DNA of 64,000 bases, from the NCBI GenBank assembly GCA_965263355.1, contig CBDHHL010000032.1, positions 2,176,001 to 2,240,000 on the forward strand. Reading direction: 5' to 3'. The notes under the pieces are model-generated. The model had not been told where the DNA came from. It searched no databases and saw only the letters and a list, made by a program, of their open reading frames with translations. The DNA is from Leptolyngbyaceae cyanobacterium (GTDB taxonomy: Bacteria; Cyanobacteriota; Cyanobacteriia; Phormidesmidales; Phormidesmidaceae). Positions within the stretch are counted from its first letter, which is position 1; the number at the start of each line of letters is the position of its first letter. Positions 21,433 to 31,734 of this stretch are shown piece after piece. The translations under genes were made by a program, and so were the position numbers.

Positions 21433-22236
21433 ATGATTGATACCGTTACAAGAGTTTCTACTTTTGAGCTTCTGGTAAAACCTATTGTTGATTCCCAGAA
21501 TCCGCCTAACAGAACAATTATTCAGGGGTACTTCTTAACAATCGCAAATCCTTCATTTAGCAACCTAAGATTAAGACTAACCTTTTTCAGTGCTACACCT
21601 GACTTTAGCTCTAGCTCATTTTTGGCTTTTTGGGATTTTAATGGTAGTAACCAAGATTTGAGCGGTTCGTTATCAGGTTCAAGCATTACCGCTAACTTCG
21701 AAATCGAGCTACCAGGTTTGGAAACAGGCTTATTCTTGCTACAGCCAGACGTCACCAATCGAGAAGTCCTCATTAGCCGTAATACAGAAGTTCGAGGTTT
21801 TGTTGTACTTTCCATTGTTTCAGCTACACCTAGTGCTTTTGGTGGCGTAAGTGATGAAAGAACTTTGTTGCTATCTGCCCAACAGCGAGGAACTTTCTTG
21901 CCCCAGGGTAGCAATTTCCCGCCTCCTGGAGCCAGGGATTATGATCAGCTCGCTTACAGTTTGCCAATCCCGAATCCAGAAGTAACTCTCAAAGCAGGCT
22001 CTATTGTAGAGAATTCCACTTTTTCGCTACAGCAGACTACTTTGCTTGAAACTTTGCGAGAAGATCCTAATTTACTGGGCAGTTTTACACGCGATCCATT
22101 AGCACGGCAGATAGCTGCTATTACGGACAAACGAGAGCAGCGCCGTATGCTTGATATCTTGATTGAGCGTTTTCAGGATTCTCTAAACGGGGCTCGATCA
22201 GTATCAGAACCTATCAATCGCCAGGTCCTTAGTTAG
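21433..22236 (+). CDS. hypothetical protein (conserved cyanobacterial type)
   Basis: STFELLVKP..IQGYFLTIAN, LQPD, EVRGFV, RGTFLP and DQLAYSLP motifs. Confidence 0.6.
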   Translation: MIDTVTRVSTFELLVKPIVDSQNPPNRTIIQGYFLTIANPSFSNLRLRLTFFSATPDFSSSSFLAFWDFNGSNQDLSGSLSGSSITANFEIELPGLETGLFLLQPDVTNREVLISRNTEVRGFVVLSIVSATPSAFGGVSDERTLLLSAQQRGTFLPQGSNFPPPGARDYDQLAYSLPIPNPEVTLKAGSIVENSTFSLQQTTLLETLREDPNLLGSFTRDPLARQIAAITDKREQRRMLDILIERFQDSLNGARSVSEPINRQVLS

Positions 22237-22579
22237 ATATTGCAAAAAAATTGACCTAGACCTGATGAATTCACGGTGCCAGGTTTAGTTAGAGTGGAAA
22301 CTAATACCCTTACAGCATCTTCATCTGTTTTGGTCTAATGTGAGACTATAAAACAGTCAGATTCATGACCTGAAGCCATTAAGGAATTACGATCAATGCT
22401 GAGACATTAGCCATCTTTAATTTTAATTGACGTCCGATAAAAACCCACCCAAATGAGTTGTGACTATAAATCCAACTTGAATGGGTGGGTTATTTGTCTG
22501 CAGACCCCTAAATGAAATGGAGATTTAGCCCTACATAAATCAGTTAGGCCAAACTGGAATTTACACAGGGCTAAAAAAT

Positions 22580-22795
22580 GCTAAAAAGTGAGATCCCCTT
22601 GATTACTGATAGAAACATTTTTTGAACTTAGACTATCAAGTCTTGATTCTGGCAGATGTGCATGAGTACCCGCATAACGCTAAGAGACTTCTGAGAAAGA
22701 TACCACTTTTTCGCACCGACATTAATGTTTTGACTAGACATCATTGATGTATTGAAGGACTTCCTCAATTTGATTACTGAAGGAATCTCTCAGTA
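22580..22795 (+). promoter_or_regulatory. conserved upstream module, copy 2
   Basis: GCTAAAAAGTG...CACTTTTTCGCACCGACATTA..ATTGAAGGACTTCCTCAAT..ACTGAAGGAATCTCTCAGT; homologous to 13123-13338. Confidence 0.6.
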
Positions 22796-22856
22796 TTAAT
22801 TGAAGGTAAAACTTCTTCTGTATACACAAAACATACACGAAAAAGGAGGAAATCCC

Positions 22857-24290
22857 ATGTTAAAAATTCCTAATCACGAACTATTTTCTGATCATTCTTC
22901 TGTCTCGGGGATAGGAGGTGACATAGTGAATCAACCTTTAGAAGATGGCACTATGACAACTCAAGTAATCAACGATATGTTGACCGATTCAACTAACGGT
23001 CCTGTATCTCAAGTAATTGAGAATATCGTACCTGAAGTTCCAGTTGAACATAGTGAGCAGTTTTCTACTGCCGTATCCGGAAAAGGAGGTGACATAGTAA
23101 GTCAACCTTTAGAGAATGAGAGCATGATGCCTCAAGTAATCAATGGCATGTCGTCCGGTTCAGCTGATAGTTCTTCATCTCAAACAATTGAGGATATCTC
23201 ACTGGAAGATCCAGCTGAAAATAGTGAGCAATTTTCTGCTGCGATGTCAGGAGGATTCCAAGAGGTAACGCTTGGCGACGAAACTGATCAGTGTTCTGGT
23301 AGGCTCACTGTTTTAGATCGATACAATCGATGGATCTTTGTTCCACGAGGTCAATTGACAACTATTGATGTTGCAATTAGCGGAGGTGGATATTGGTATT
23401 GGAGGTGCGGAAATACAATTGAGAGATCTAGGGGTGGGTCAAATTTCCGACAGCGTGTAAAGCGTCTTAAGATTTTGCACAGCCCAAATAATCGTAAGAT
23501 CACCTGGCAGTGCTTCGATTTACTCTTCTCGGCAGAATTACCACTTTCAGCTGCCAAAAAGATTCGTTACAGTGGACTGTGGAATGCTGGTACAGAAGCC
23601 CAAGTTTGGTGGCCAAATTGCTCTGAGCAACAACTTCGGGCTAAGACCAGTGAACTATGGGGTAGCATGCGTTTAGCCTATATGCAGCCTTTTGTAGTGG
23701 GCAGCAAGATTCGCTACAATTGCTTATGGACAGCAGGAACAGCTGGACAAGTTTGGTGGCCAAATTGCTCTGAGCAAGATTTTCGCAAGACAACTAGGGA
23801 AAATTGGCATTGGGCACGTCCAGCACAAGTATATGCTTTTATTTTCAATGGTCAAGTTCGCTATAGTTGCTTGTGGAATAAAGGGACCCATAGTCAGGTT
23901 TGGTGGCCAAACTGTTCTGAGCGAGATTTCCGAAAAGAAACATCTGAAAATTGGAGTTGGGGACGTCCTGCACAAGTACAACCATTTATTGTGAATGGCC
24001 AAGTTCGCTACAGTTGTCTATGGAATGTAGGGAAACATGGTCAAAAGTGGAACCCCAACTGTAGTGAAACACATTTCCGTAAATGGACTTCAGAATACTG
24101 GAGTTGGGCACGTCCAGCACAAGTATATGGGTTCATTTTGAATGGTCAAGTTCGCTATAGTGTTTTGTGGAACGCAGGAACGCACGGTCAAGTTTGGTGG
24201 CCAAACTGTTCTGAGCAAGATTTCCGAAAAGAAACATCTGAAAATTGGAGTTGGGGACGTCCTGCTCAGATGCAAGCCTTTGTCGTCTAG
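22857..24290 (+). CDS. protein with duplicated acidic N-terminal leader and five ~51-aa Trp-rich tandem repeats (BTRD1/polyglycine-hydrolase-repeat-like)
   Basis: ATG after AGGAGG; repeats RYS.LWN.G...QVWWPNCSEQ.FRK.T.E.W.W.RPAQ. Confidence 0.7.
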   Translation: MLKIPNHELFSDHSSVSGIGGDIVNQPLEDGTMTTQVINDMLTDSTNGPVSQVIENIVPEVPVEHSEQFSTAVSGKGGDIVSQPLENESMMPQVINGMSSGSADSSSSQTIEDISLEDPAENSEQFSAAMSGGFQEVTLGDETDQCSGRLTVLDRYNRWIFVPRGQLTTIDVAISGGGYWYWRCGNTIERSRGGSNFRQRVKRLKILHSPNNRKITWQCFDLLFSAELPLSAAKKIRYSGLWNAGTEAQVWWPNCSEQQLRAKTSELWGSMRLAYMQPFVVGSKIRYNCLWTAGTAGQVWWPNCSEQDFRKTTRENWHWARPAQVYAFIFNGQVRYSCLWNKGTHSQVWWPNCSERDFRKETSENWSWGRPAQVQPFIVNGQVRYSCLWNVGKHGQKWNPNCSETHFRKWTSEYWSWARPAQVYGFILNGQVRYSVLWNAGTHGQVWWPNCSEQDFRKETSENWSWGRPAQMQAFVV

Positions 24291-24561
24291 TCTCTCTTCT
24301 TTCGTTCAAATGGCGCATTGATTTTAGTCATGCGCCTTGATTTATTCCTATCGATTCATCCAGCACGTCGAAGTCCTTTGCTGAGATGCACCACCCACAA
24401 GCTTAGTATGTCAGGCTTTCGTTAATAATTCCGTCAACCTAAACCTCAATCTGCGAAATGTGAGCAAGTCAGCGTGTAGAAGCAAACGGGTTTTCTTAAA
24501 TCAAGTTCTTGATTAAAAAGTTAAACCTCACAAAACCAGGTTGTTTCTACCGTGACGAACA

Positions 24562-27500
24562 ATGCTTGTTGACGAAGCACTTTACCTTTTAGATGCTGCT
24601 CTGAAACCTGCCCACCTGAGCGACACTCAGGAACTGGTGTTTCGCCACGTGTGGGACCAGAAAACCTACGAAGAAATTGCACAAACCAGTGGTTATGACA
24701 CCGATTATATTAAGCATATAGGGTCTCAGCTGTGGAAATCCCTCTCCCACGCTTTAGACCAAAAGGTAACCAAGAGTAATATTCGGTCAGTCTTGAGACA
24801 GGTTAACCAGAGACCAGCATTATCCGCGTCCACCAATCAATATCAAGATTGGGGTGATGCCCCCGATGTTTCTACCTTTTATGGCCGTACGGAAGAGCTT
24901 GCCACTCTTAACCATTGGGTTGTCAACGATCGCTGTCGTTTAATTACCGTTTTCGGGATGGGAGGTATTGGTAAAACCACCTTGTCTGTAAAACTTGCGC
25001 AGCAGATCGTTGTGTCAAGCGCTCAGTCCGAGCAAAATGCATTTCGATATCTGATTTGGCGATCGCTTCGGAATGCTCCACCACTAGTTGATTTATTAGC
25101 TGATCTGATTTATGCACTATCTAATCAACAGGCAACAGACTTACCTGAAGGGGTTCATGCCCGCATCCTTCTTTTACTTGATCATCTGCAAAACTCTTGC
25201 TGCTTGCTGACTTTGGATAATTTGGAAACAATCCTTTCCAGCACAAAGCAGACAGGTCACTATCGAGAAGGCTATGAAGCGTATGAACAACTTTTTGATT
25301 CCATTGGTAAAACTGCGCATCAAAGTTGTCTAATACTGACCAGTCGTGAAAAGCCTCAAGGTCTAGGTGTGCAGGAAGGAAAAACTCTTCCAGTTCGCTC
25401 TTTTCGACTAGTTGGTCTCACTCAGAATGAAGGGCGAAGTATCCTTGAAGCTAAAGGGCTCTCAGTAACATTGAAAGATTACCAAGTCTTAGTTGATCAC
25501 TATGCGGGAAACCCTCTGGCATTAAAAATTGTTGCCACGACAATTCAAGAGTTATTCAATGGAAATATTACTCATTTTTTGCAGCAAGGCTGCTTTATTT
25601 TTGGAGATATTTCCGCCCTTTTGACACAGCAGTTTGATCGACTGTCGCCTTTGGAACAGCAGGTGATGAACTGGCTGGCGATAAATCGTGAGTGGATATC
25701 ATTATCAAAACTTGCACAGGATATTGTCCCTCCCGTTTTACCAAGATCTCTATTGGCAGCTTTGGAATCTCTCAATTGCCGTTCCCTGATTGAGAAAAAA
25801 GTATCGTTACCTTGCTTGCAAGGAGTGAGCTGTTTTACACTGCAACCTGTGGTAATGGAGTTTATTACTGAGCGATTGATTGATCAGATTTTACAAGAAA
25901 TTTGCGCTGGGAAAAATGCCAATTTAAATGAATATGCCCTGATCAAAGCTCAGTCGGAAGATTACCTACGTGAGGCTCAGACATATCTAATTTTAGAACC
26001 GGTTGCCACCCAATTGTTGCAACACTTTGGTTGTCGAGAGAAGATAAAGCAATGTTTAGCACAAATTCTTGCAAATTTGCATTCTCAACAGACTTTAACC
26101 AAGCCATCTAATTTGTCGAAGTTAACATCAATACCTGTTGCTGGATATACTGCTGGCAACATTCTTAATTTGATGTGGTATTTGGGTATTAATCCTCGGG
26201 GGTACAATTTTTCAAATTTGCCCATTCGGCAGGCATTTCTTCAGGGAATTAGCTTGCATGACGTTAATTTTTCCGATTCGGACTTGGCAACATCTTTATT
26301 CACGGATTTGTTTGGGGAAGTTGGTTCTGTAGCAATTGCTCCCGATGGGAGCTTACTAGCCATGAGTTCCCATGGAAATATCCTGTTGTGGAACATAGAG
26401 ACGATGCAACATCAGCTAACCTTCACAGGACATCAACGCTTGGTTAGGTGCATTGCCTTTACACCCCAATCTATTCACGCTGAGGTAGCGCTATTATCAA
26501 GCGGTAGCAGTGACCGAACGGTGAAACTTTGGAACGCTATGAATGGTCAGTGTCTTAAAACGCTAAAAGGTCATACAGGACCAATTCATGCGGTTGCTTT
26601 CAGTGCTGATGGTCGCACTATTGCAAGTGGCAGTGGCGATCAAACTATAAGACTATGGGATATAAAAACTGGCCAGTGCTTTAGCGTATTGAAGGGACAC
26701 ACCAGTCATGTTTTATCTCTTATTTTTATGCCACATGAGGACATCCTTATTAGTGGCAGCGTAGACTGCTCTATTAGATTTTGGGATATCAGTACAGGGA
26801 CATGCTTACGCACATTACAAATTGAGACTGAGTTTGGTTGGATGTTGAGAATTGCCTTGAGTCCTGATGGGCAGACACTGGCGGTAGCTTACGATGGTAA
26901 AATTATAGAATTTTGGAATCTTGATACCGAAGAATGTTCGAAAACATTATTACCCTTTGGTAAGGGTGATGTAATACGAGCGATTGCCTATGCCCCAACC
27001 CCAAATGAGTTTTCTCGTCAAATGTTAGCAACTGGTGGAAGAAGTAAATCTGTCAAAATTGTGGATTCCTATACCGGTGAGAACATTCAAACTCTCCTAG
27101 ATGATAGTGATAGCACTTGGCAGATTCATTTCACCCCTGATGGTAGTAAGCTAATCAGAGTCAGTGAAAGTCAAAATGTTAGAGTTTGGAATACTATTAC
27201 TGGACAACGTCTTAGAACACTCCGAAGCGATGCTAACGGCATCACATCAGCTGCCTTTAGCCCAGACGGACGATTTCTTGCTAGCAGTTCAATAGATCAA
27301 CAAGTTCAAATCTGGAATATAGCTACTGGTACTATTGAAAAAACTTTATCGGGACATTTCGCTCCTATTTCGACTGTTGTTTTTGCTCCTATTGATAAGG
27401 GGAAGATTTTGCTTAGTGGGAGTGATGATAGAACTATCAAACTTTGGAACTGGCAAACTGGCGAGTGTTTGAGAACCCTTTGGGGACATAGTGATGATGT

Positions 27501-28212
27501 AGTATCTCTCAGTCTTTATCTGAAAACTCAGCTTCTTGTTAGCAGTAGTGGGGATCAGACAATCAAATTGTGGGACTGGCAAACCGGAGAATGTTTGCAA
27601 ACCTTAGAAGGGCATCTCCGGAGGATTCGGTCAGTAGTGTTTAGTCCAAACGGAGCAATGCTTGCTAGTTGCAGTGATGATCGAACCGTCAAACTGTGGG
27701 AAGTCGATACAGGGGTTTGCCTACAAACATTGCAGGGGCATGACTATCAGGTGATGAAGGTTATCTTCAGCCCCGATGGTCAAATAGTAGCGAGTTGTGG
27801 ATTGGATCAGACAATTCGGTTATGGGATGTTCAAACTGGGAGCTGTCTGCAAACTCTATCGGATAAATATCCAATTCGATCAATTGCTTTTAGTCCAAAT
27901 GGTCAGTTTCTGGCTAGCGGTAGTACTAATGGCCTGATCAAAATATGGAATGTGGGATCATGGACCTTTAGCAAGACATTACGTGGACATCAGCGGGAAG
28001 TTACAGCACTTACATTCCATCCCAATAGTCAGGATCTAGCGAGTGGGAGTAGTGATGAAACGATTAAGCTTTGGAATTTTAAGATGGGTGAGTGTTTAAG
28101 GACACTACGTACCACTCTCCGTTATGAAGGCATGAACATTAGTAGGACTAAAGGTTTAACGACTGCACAACGAGCCACTATGAAAGCACTAGGTGCGATT
28201 GAGATTGACTAG
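24562..28212 (+). CDS. wHTH-NB-ARC (STAND)-pentapeptide-WD40 repeat protein
   Basis: N-terminal TYEEIA..GSQLWK.LS wHTH; DWGDAPDV..FYGR, GMGGIGKT P-loop, LDNLE, LTSRE, GNPLAL; more than 12 WD40 repeats. Confidence 0.92.
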   Translation: MLVDEALYLLDAALKPAHLSDTQELVFRHVWDQKTYEEIAQTSGYDTDYIKHIGSQLWKSLSHALDQKVTKSNIRSVLRQVNQRPALSASTNQYQDWGDAPDVSTFYGRTEELATLNHWVVNDRCRLITVFGMGGIGKTTLSVKLAQQIVVSSAQSEQNAFRYLIWRSLRNAPPLVDLLADLIYALSNQQATDLPEGVHARILLLLDHLQNSCCLLTLDNLETILSSTKQTGHYREGYEAYEQLFDSIGKTAHQSCLILTSREKPQGLGVQEGKTLPVRSFRLVGLTQNEGRSILEAKGLSVTLKDYQVLVDHYAGNPLALKIVATTIQELFNGNITHFLQQGCFIFGDISALLTQQFDRLSPLEQQVMNWLAINREWISLSKLAQDIVPPVLPRSLLAALESLNCRSLIEKKVSLPCLQGVSCFTLQPVVMEFITERLIDQILQEICAGKNANLNEYALIKAQSEDYLREAQTYLILEPVATQLLQHFGCREKIKQCLAQILANLHSQQTLTKPSNLSKLTSIPVAGYTAGNILNLMWYLGINPRGYNFSNLPIRQAFLQGISLHDVNFSDSDLATSLFTDLFGEVGSVAIAPDGSLLAMSSHGNILLWNIETMQHQLTFTGHQRLVRCIAFTPQSIHAEVALLSSGSSDRTVKLWNAMNGQCLKTLKGHTGPIHAVAFSADGRTIASGSGDQTIRLWDIKTGQCFSVLKGHTSHVLSLIFMPHEDILISGSVDCSIRFWDISTGTCLRTLQIETEFGWMLRIALSPDGQTLAVAYDGKIIEFWNLDTEECSKTLLPFGKGDVIRAIAYAPTPNEFSRQMLATGGRSKSVKIVDSYTGENIQTLLDDSDSTWQIHFTPDGSKLIRVSESQNVRVWNTITGQRLRTLRSDANGITSAAFSPDGRFLASSSIDQQVQIWNIATGTIEKTLSGHFAPISTVVFAPIDKGKILLSGSDDRTIKLWNWQTGECLRTLWGHSDDVVSLSLYLKTQLLVSSSGDQTIKLWDWQTGECLQTLEGHLRRIRSVVFSPNGAMLASCSDDRTVKLWEVDTGVCLQTLQGHDYQVMKVIFSPDGQIVASCGLDQTIRLWDVQTGSCLQTLSDKYPIRSIAFSPNGQFLASGSTNGLIKIWNVGSWTFSKTLRGHQREVTALTFHPNSQDLASGSSDETIKLWNFKMGECLRTLRTTLRYEGMNISRTKGLTTAQRATMKALGAIEID

Positions 28213-29880
28213 TATTCTGACAGTAGTGGCTTGGTATTGCTCCCGAATAATAAAGGCTAGTTCCCGTGACTTTTCGGTGAATAAAAGATTTTCACCATAG
28301 TCTACGGGACAGTCAATTATGGCTGGAACATCAGCTTCTAAAGCATCTTTTAGGGTAGGAATAAAGTCTTCTGTAGCGGTTACCCGATAGCCCTGTAATC
28401 CAAAGCTCTTGGCCAAAGCAACAAAGTCGGGGTTGTTGAACTTAATAAACGCCGATTCACCATAGTGGTTATGTTGTTTCCACTCAATTAGACCATACCC
28501 GCCATCGTTAAAGATAATGGTAACAAAGGGAGTCCCCAAACGCAGCGCCGTTTCTAGCTCCTGGCAGTTCATCATAAAACCGCCGTCCCCCGTGACGGCA
28601 ACAACTTTTCGCTGAGGATAGACGAGTTTAGCTGCGATCGCACCCGGTATAGCAATCCCCATGGACGCAAACCCATTGGAGATCAAACAAGTATTAGGCC
28701 GTTCACAGTGATAATTACGAGCAATCCACATCTTATGAGCCCCCACATCCGACAGGACAATGTCATCTGGCCCCATCACCTGTCGCAAATCATAGAGCAG
28801 TTTCTGGGGTTTAATGGGAAACGCCATATCATCGCGATACTGCTCATAGTCAGCCCGCATTTCATCGCGCACCGCTTGAAATGGGTAACTCGACTGGGGC
28901 TTACGTTCTACCCGTTTTAAAATCTGTTCAAGCGAGTCCGCAAGATCCCCAATGACCTCTACCAAAGGCACATAGCTACTATCAATTTCTGCCGGTGTGA
29001 GTCCCACATGAACAATGGGAATTTGACCATCGGGATTCCACTTTTTAGGCGGATACTCCACCAGGTCATACCCCACCGCAATCACCAGATCGCTTTTGTC
29101 AATGGCACAGGAAATAAAGTCTCGCTGTTGCAACCCGACCGTCCACAGTGCCAATGGATGCTGATAGGGAATCACCCCTTTACCCATAAATGTATTGGTG
29201 ACCGGAATTTGCAATTCCTCGACCATTTTCATGATGGCTGTGTCGGCTCTCGCCCGAATGGCCCCATTTCCGACTAAAATCAATGGCCTTTTGGCGTGGG
29301 AAATGGCGTCAGCAGCAGTCTGGACAGTCTCGAAGGCAGCAAAGGTTTTACCATTATGGTCACAGGTTAACGGTTTGCCAGTTGCCTCCATATCCGCAAT
29401 ATTTTCCGGCAAATCAATATGGACAGCCCCTGGATCGCCAGTTTGGGCTAACTTAAATGCCTTGCGTACAATTTCCGCTGTATTGCTGGGCCTTACAATC
29501 TGAGTATTCCACTGGGTTACCGGGGCAAACATCGCTACCAGGTCCAAATATTGGTGCGACTCAATGTGCATGCGGTCAGTTCCCACCTGGCCCGTAATGG
29601 CTACCAATGGAGCCCGGTCTAAGTTAGCATCGGCCACCCCAGTAATCAGATTGGTTGCCCCCGGACCCAGCGTGGAAAGACACACCCCCGCTTTCCCCGT
29701 CAGCCGACCGTAAACATCAGCCATAAAGGCGGCTCCTTGTTCATGGCGGGTGGTGACAAACTGAATAGACGAGGTTTTTAGGGCCTGAAGTACCTGAAGA
29801 TTCTCTTCGCCAGGTACACCAAAAATATACTCCACTCCCTCATTTTCAAGGCAGCGGACAAGAAGTTCTGCAGTGTTCAT
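28189..29880 (-). CDS. ThDP-dependent 2-oxoglutarate decarboxylase (acetolactate-synthase-like family)
   Basis: FGVPGEENL, RHEQGAAF, GDGGFMMN ThDP motif; immediately downstream of SSADH, the arrangement known for the cyanobacterial TCA-cycle shunt. Confidence 0.8.
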   Translation of the reverse strand: MNTAELLVRCLENEGVEYIFGVPGEENLQVLQALKTSSIQFVTTRHEQGAAFMADVYGRLTGKAGVCLSTLGPGATNLITGVADANLDRAPLVAITGQVGTDRMHIESHQYLDLVAMFAPVTQWNTQIVRPSNTAEIVRKAFKLAQTGDPGAVHIDLPENIADMEATGKPLTCDHNGKTFAAFETVQTAADAISHAKRPLILVGNGAIRARADTAIMKMVEELQIPVTNTFMGKGVIPYQHPLALWTVGLQQRDFISCAIDKSDLVIAVGYDLVEYPPKKWNPDGQIPIVHVGLTPAEIDSSYVPLVEVIGDLADSLEQILKRVERKPQSSYPFQAVRDEMRADYEQYRDDMAFPIKPQKLLYDLRQVMGPDDIVLSDVGAHKMWIARNYHCERPNTCLISNGFASMGIAIPGAIAAKLVYPQRKVVAVTGDGGFMMNCQELETALRLGTPFVTIIFNDGGYGLIEWKQHNHYGESAFIKFNNPDFVALAKSFGLQGYRVTATEDFIPTLKDALEADVPAIIDCPVDYGENLLFTEKSRELAFIIREQYQATTVRILVNLNRT

Positions 29881-29910
29881 AAAAGATACCTAAAAGGGAA
29901 GGGGGAAGGG

Positions 29911-29956
29911 CCATTTTTTGTAGAGGTGTTCCATGGAATACCTCTACAAAAAATGG
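29911..29956. repeat. 46-bp near-perfect palindrome (GTAGAG REP-like)
   Basis: CCATTTTTTGTAGAGGTGTTCCA/TGGAATACCTCTACAAAAAATGG, one mismatch. Confidence 0.8.
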
Positions 29957-29957
29957 A

Positions 29958-31337
29958 TTAACTAACACAAACTGTCTTGGCATTGACAAATTCCAGGATG
30001 CCATGTCGACCGAGTTCGCGACCAATCCCCGATTGTTTGATACCGCCAAAGGGCAACCGGGGGTCAGATTTGACCATACTATTAATAAATACGGCTCCGG
30101 CTTCGATTTCATTAATCAGGCGTTGTTGCTCTACCGGGTCTTGGGTCCAACCACTAGCCCCTAAACCAAACGATGTGGAATTAGCCAATTGAATCGCTTC
30201 ATCTATATCCTGAACGCGGAAAATCAGGGCGACAGGCCCAAAAAATTCTTCCTGGTCGGCTGGGGTACCGGGGGGGATATGACTCAAAATTGTCGGTGGA
30301 TAAAAGTTTCCCAACTCTAACTCAGGTGGCAGAATCGCCTTAAGCTTTTCCACATTGCCCCCTACCAACGCCTTAGCCCCCGCGAGAAGACAATCATGTA
30401 CCTGTTTATCAATGTCTCGCAAAATTGAAGGGGTGGCCAGGGGGCCAATATCTGTTTCAGACCGCATGGGATCGCCCACTGTCAGAGCATTGAATTTATC
30501 TACCAACCGAGCTTCAAATTCATCGGCAATATCGCCAACTAAAATAAATCGCTTAGCTGCAATGCAAGACTGACCATTGTTTTGTAACCGGGCAATGACT
30601 GCGGCTTCAACCGTTGCATCTAGATCGGCACTGGGCAACACAATAAAGGGATCGCTGCCCCCCAACTCCAGCACCACTTTTTTTAAGTGCTGTCCAGCGG
30701 TTGCCGCCACTTGGGCTCCGGCAGGGCCACTGCCGGTCAAACTCACCCCCCGCACCCGCTCATCAGCAATCACCGCAGCGGTTTGCTCGGCACCAATTAA
30801 CAAGGTTTGAAAGGCTCCTTCAGGAAACCCTGCCTTACGCAATACTTGTTCGATGGAAAGGGCACATTTAGGGACATTAGACGCGTGCTTGAGGAGGACC
30901 ACATTGCCTGCCATCAATGCTGGAGCTGCTAAGCGAAACACCTGCCATAGGGGAAAGTTCCATGGCATTACTGCCAGGATGATCCCCAGGGGCTGATAGC
31001 GCACATAGCCAACGTCGGAGCGTTCATCGGCTAAGTAATCAGCCCCATGCTCGGCATAGTGACGACACACCCAAGCACATTTTTTGACTTCTGCGATCGC
31101 AGCCCCTAACGGCTTGCCCATCTCCTGGGTCATAATACGACCAAGAACATCAGTATGTGCCTCTAAATAATCAGCGGCAGCCTGTAACCAATTGCTGCGA
31201 TCGCTAAATGAGGTCCATCGATATTGTTGATATTGAGCCTCTGCCACAGTTAAACAGGTCTCTATCTCTGCCGGTGTCAGGGGAGTATAGGTTTTATAAA
31301 CTTTGCCAGTCGCCGGGTTAATACTTTTAATCGCCAT
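29958..31337 (-). CDS. gabD: NAD(P)-dependent succinate-semialdehyde dehydrogenase
   Basis: MPWNFPLWQ, LTGS, LELGGSDP, NNGQSCIAAKR, EEFFGP and PFGGIK motifs. Confidence 0.88.
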   Translation of the reverse strand: MAIKSINPATGKVYKTYTPLTPAEIETCLTVAEAQYQQYRWTSFSDRSNWLQAAADYLEAHTDVLGRIMTQEMGKPLGAAIAEVKKCAWVCRHYAEHGADYLADERSDVGYVRYQPLGIILAVMPWNFPLWQVFRLAAPALMAGNVVLLKHASNVPKCALSIEQVLRKAGFPEGAFQTLLIGAEQTAAVIADERVRGVSLTGSGPAGAQVAATAGQHLKKVVLELGGSDPFIVLPSADLDATVEAAVIARLQNNGQSCIAAKRFILVGDIADEFEARLVDKFNALTVGDPMRSETDIGPLATPSILRDIDKQVHDCLLAGAKALVGGNVEKLKAILPPELELGNFYPPTILSHIPPGTPADQEEFFGPVALIFRVQDIDEAIQLANSTSFGLGASGWTQDPVEQQRLINEIEAGAVFINSMVKSDPRLPFGGIKQSGIGRELGRHGILEFVNAKTVCVS

Positions 31338-31662
31338 CTTTGACCTCCCGTAGGTCTTCTCAGAGGGTTATCTCTACTGTGACAATTTCTGTATAAAGCA
31401 AACCGGGTTTTGCATTGATTATTTACTTTGTTAAGTATTTTTAATTAAACCCAGATAGCTTTTTATCTGGCGACAGTTAAGAACTTATTAAGTTAGGGAC
31501 TAACAATGAAATTTGGCAGTTATCTTGGTTATAAAGATACCTCCTAACTGCGTCTCCAGCCTCGTTGAAGCCTTTTTGGGTTAGTTAACAGCGAGGCTGC
31601 TACTTTTTAAAGGGCATTTTTCCCTTTAAAAAACCACCTGAGAAATTATCCACAAAAAACCA

Positions 31663-31706
31663 TCTCACTTTATATTTCTTGATAGTTAAAAAAATATAAA
31701 GTGAGA
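31663..31706. terminator. hairpin downstream of the TPR gene
   Basis: TCTCACTTTATATTT...AAATATAAAGTGAGA inverted repeat. Confidence 0.5.
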
Positions 31707-31734
31707 GTAACAATTAGCTTCTAGGGCGGTCCAA

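Noticed and set aside
20230..24290. Near-identical repeats as DGR template/variable regions
   Set aside because: They are in-frame protein repeats, differences are not adenine-specific, and no reverse transcriptase is present.
28189..29880. Acetolactate synthase (ilvB)
   Set aside because: Same fold, but operon position with SSADH and absence of ilv genes favour 2-oxoglutarate decarboxylase.
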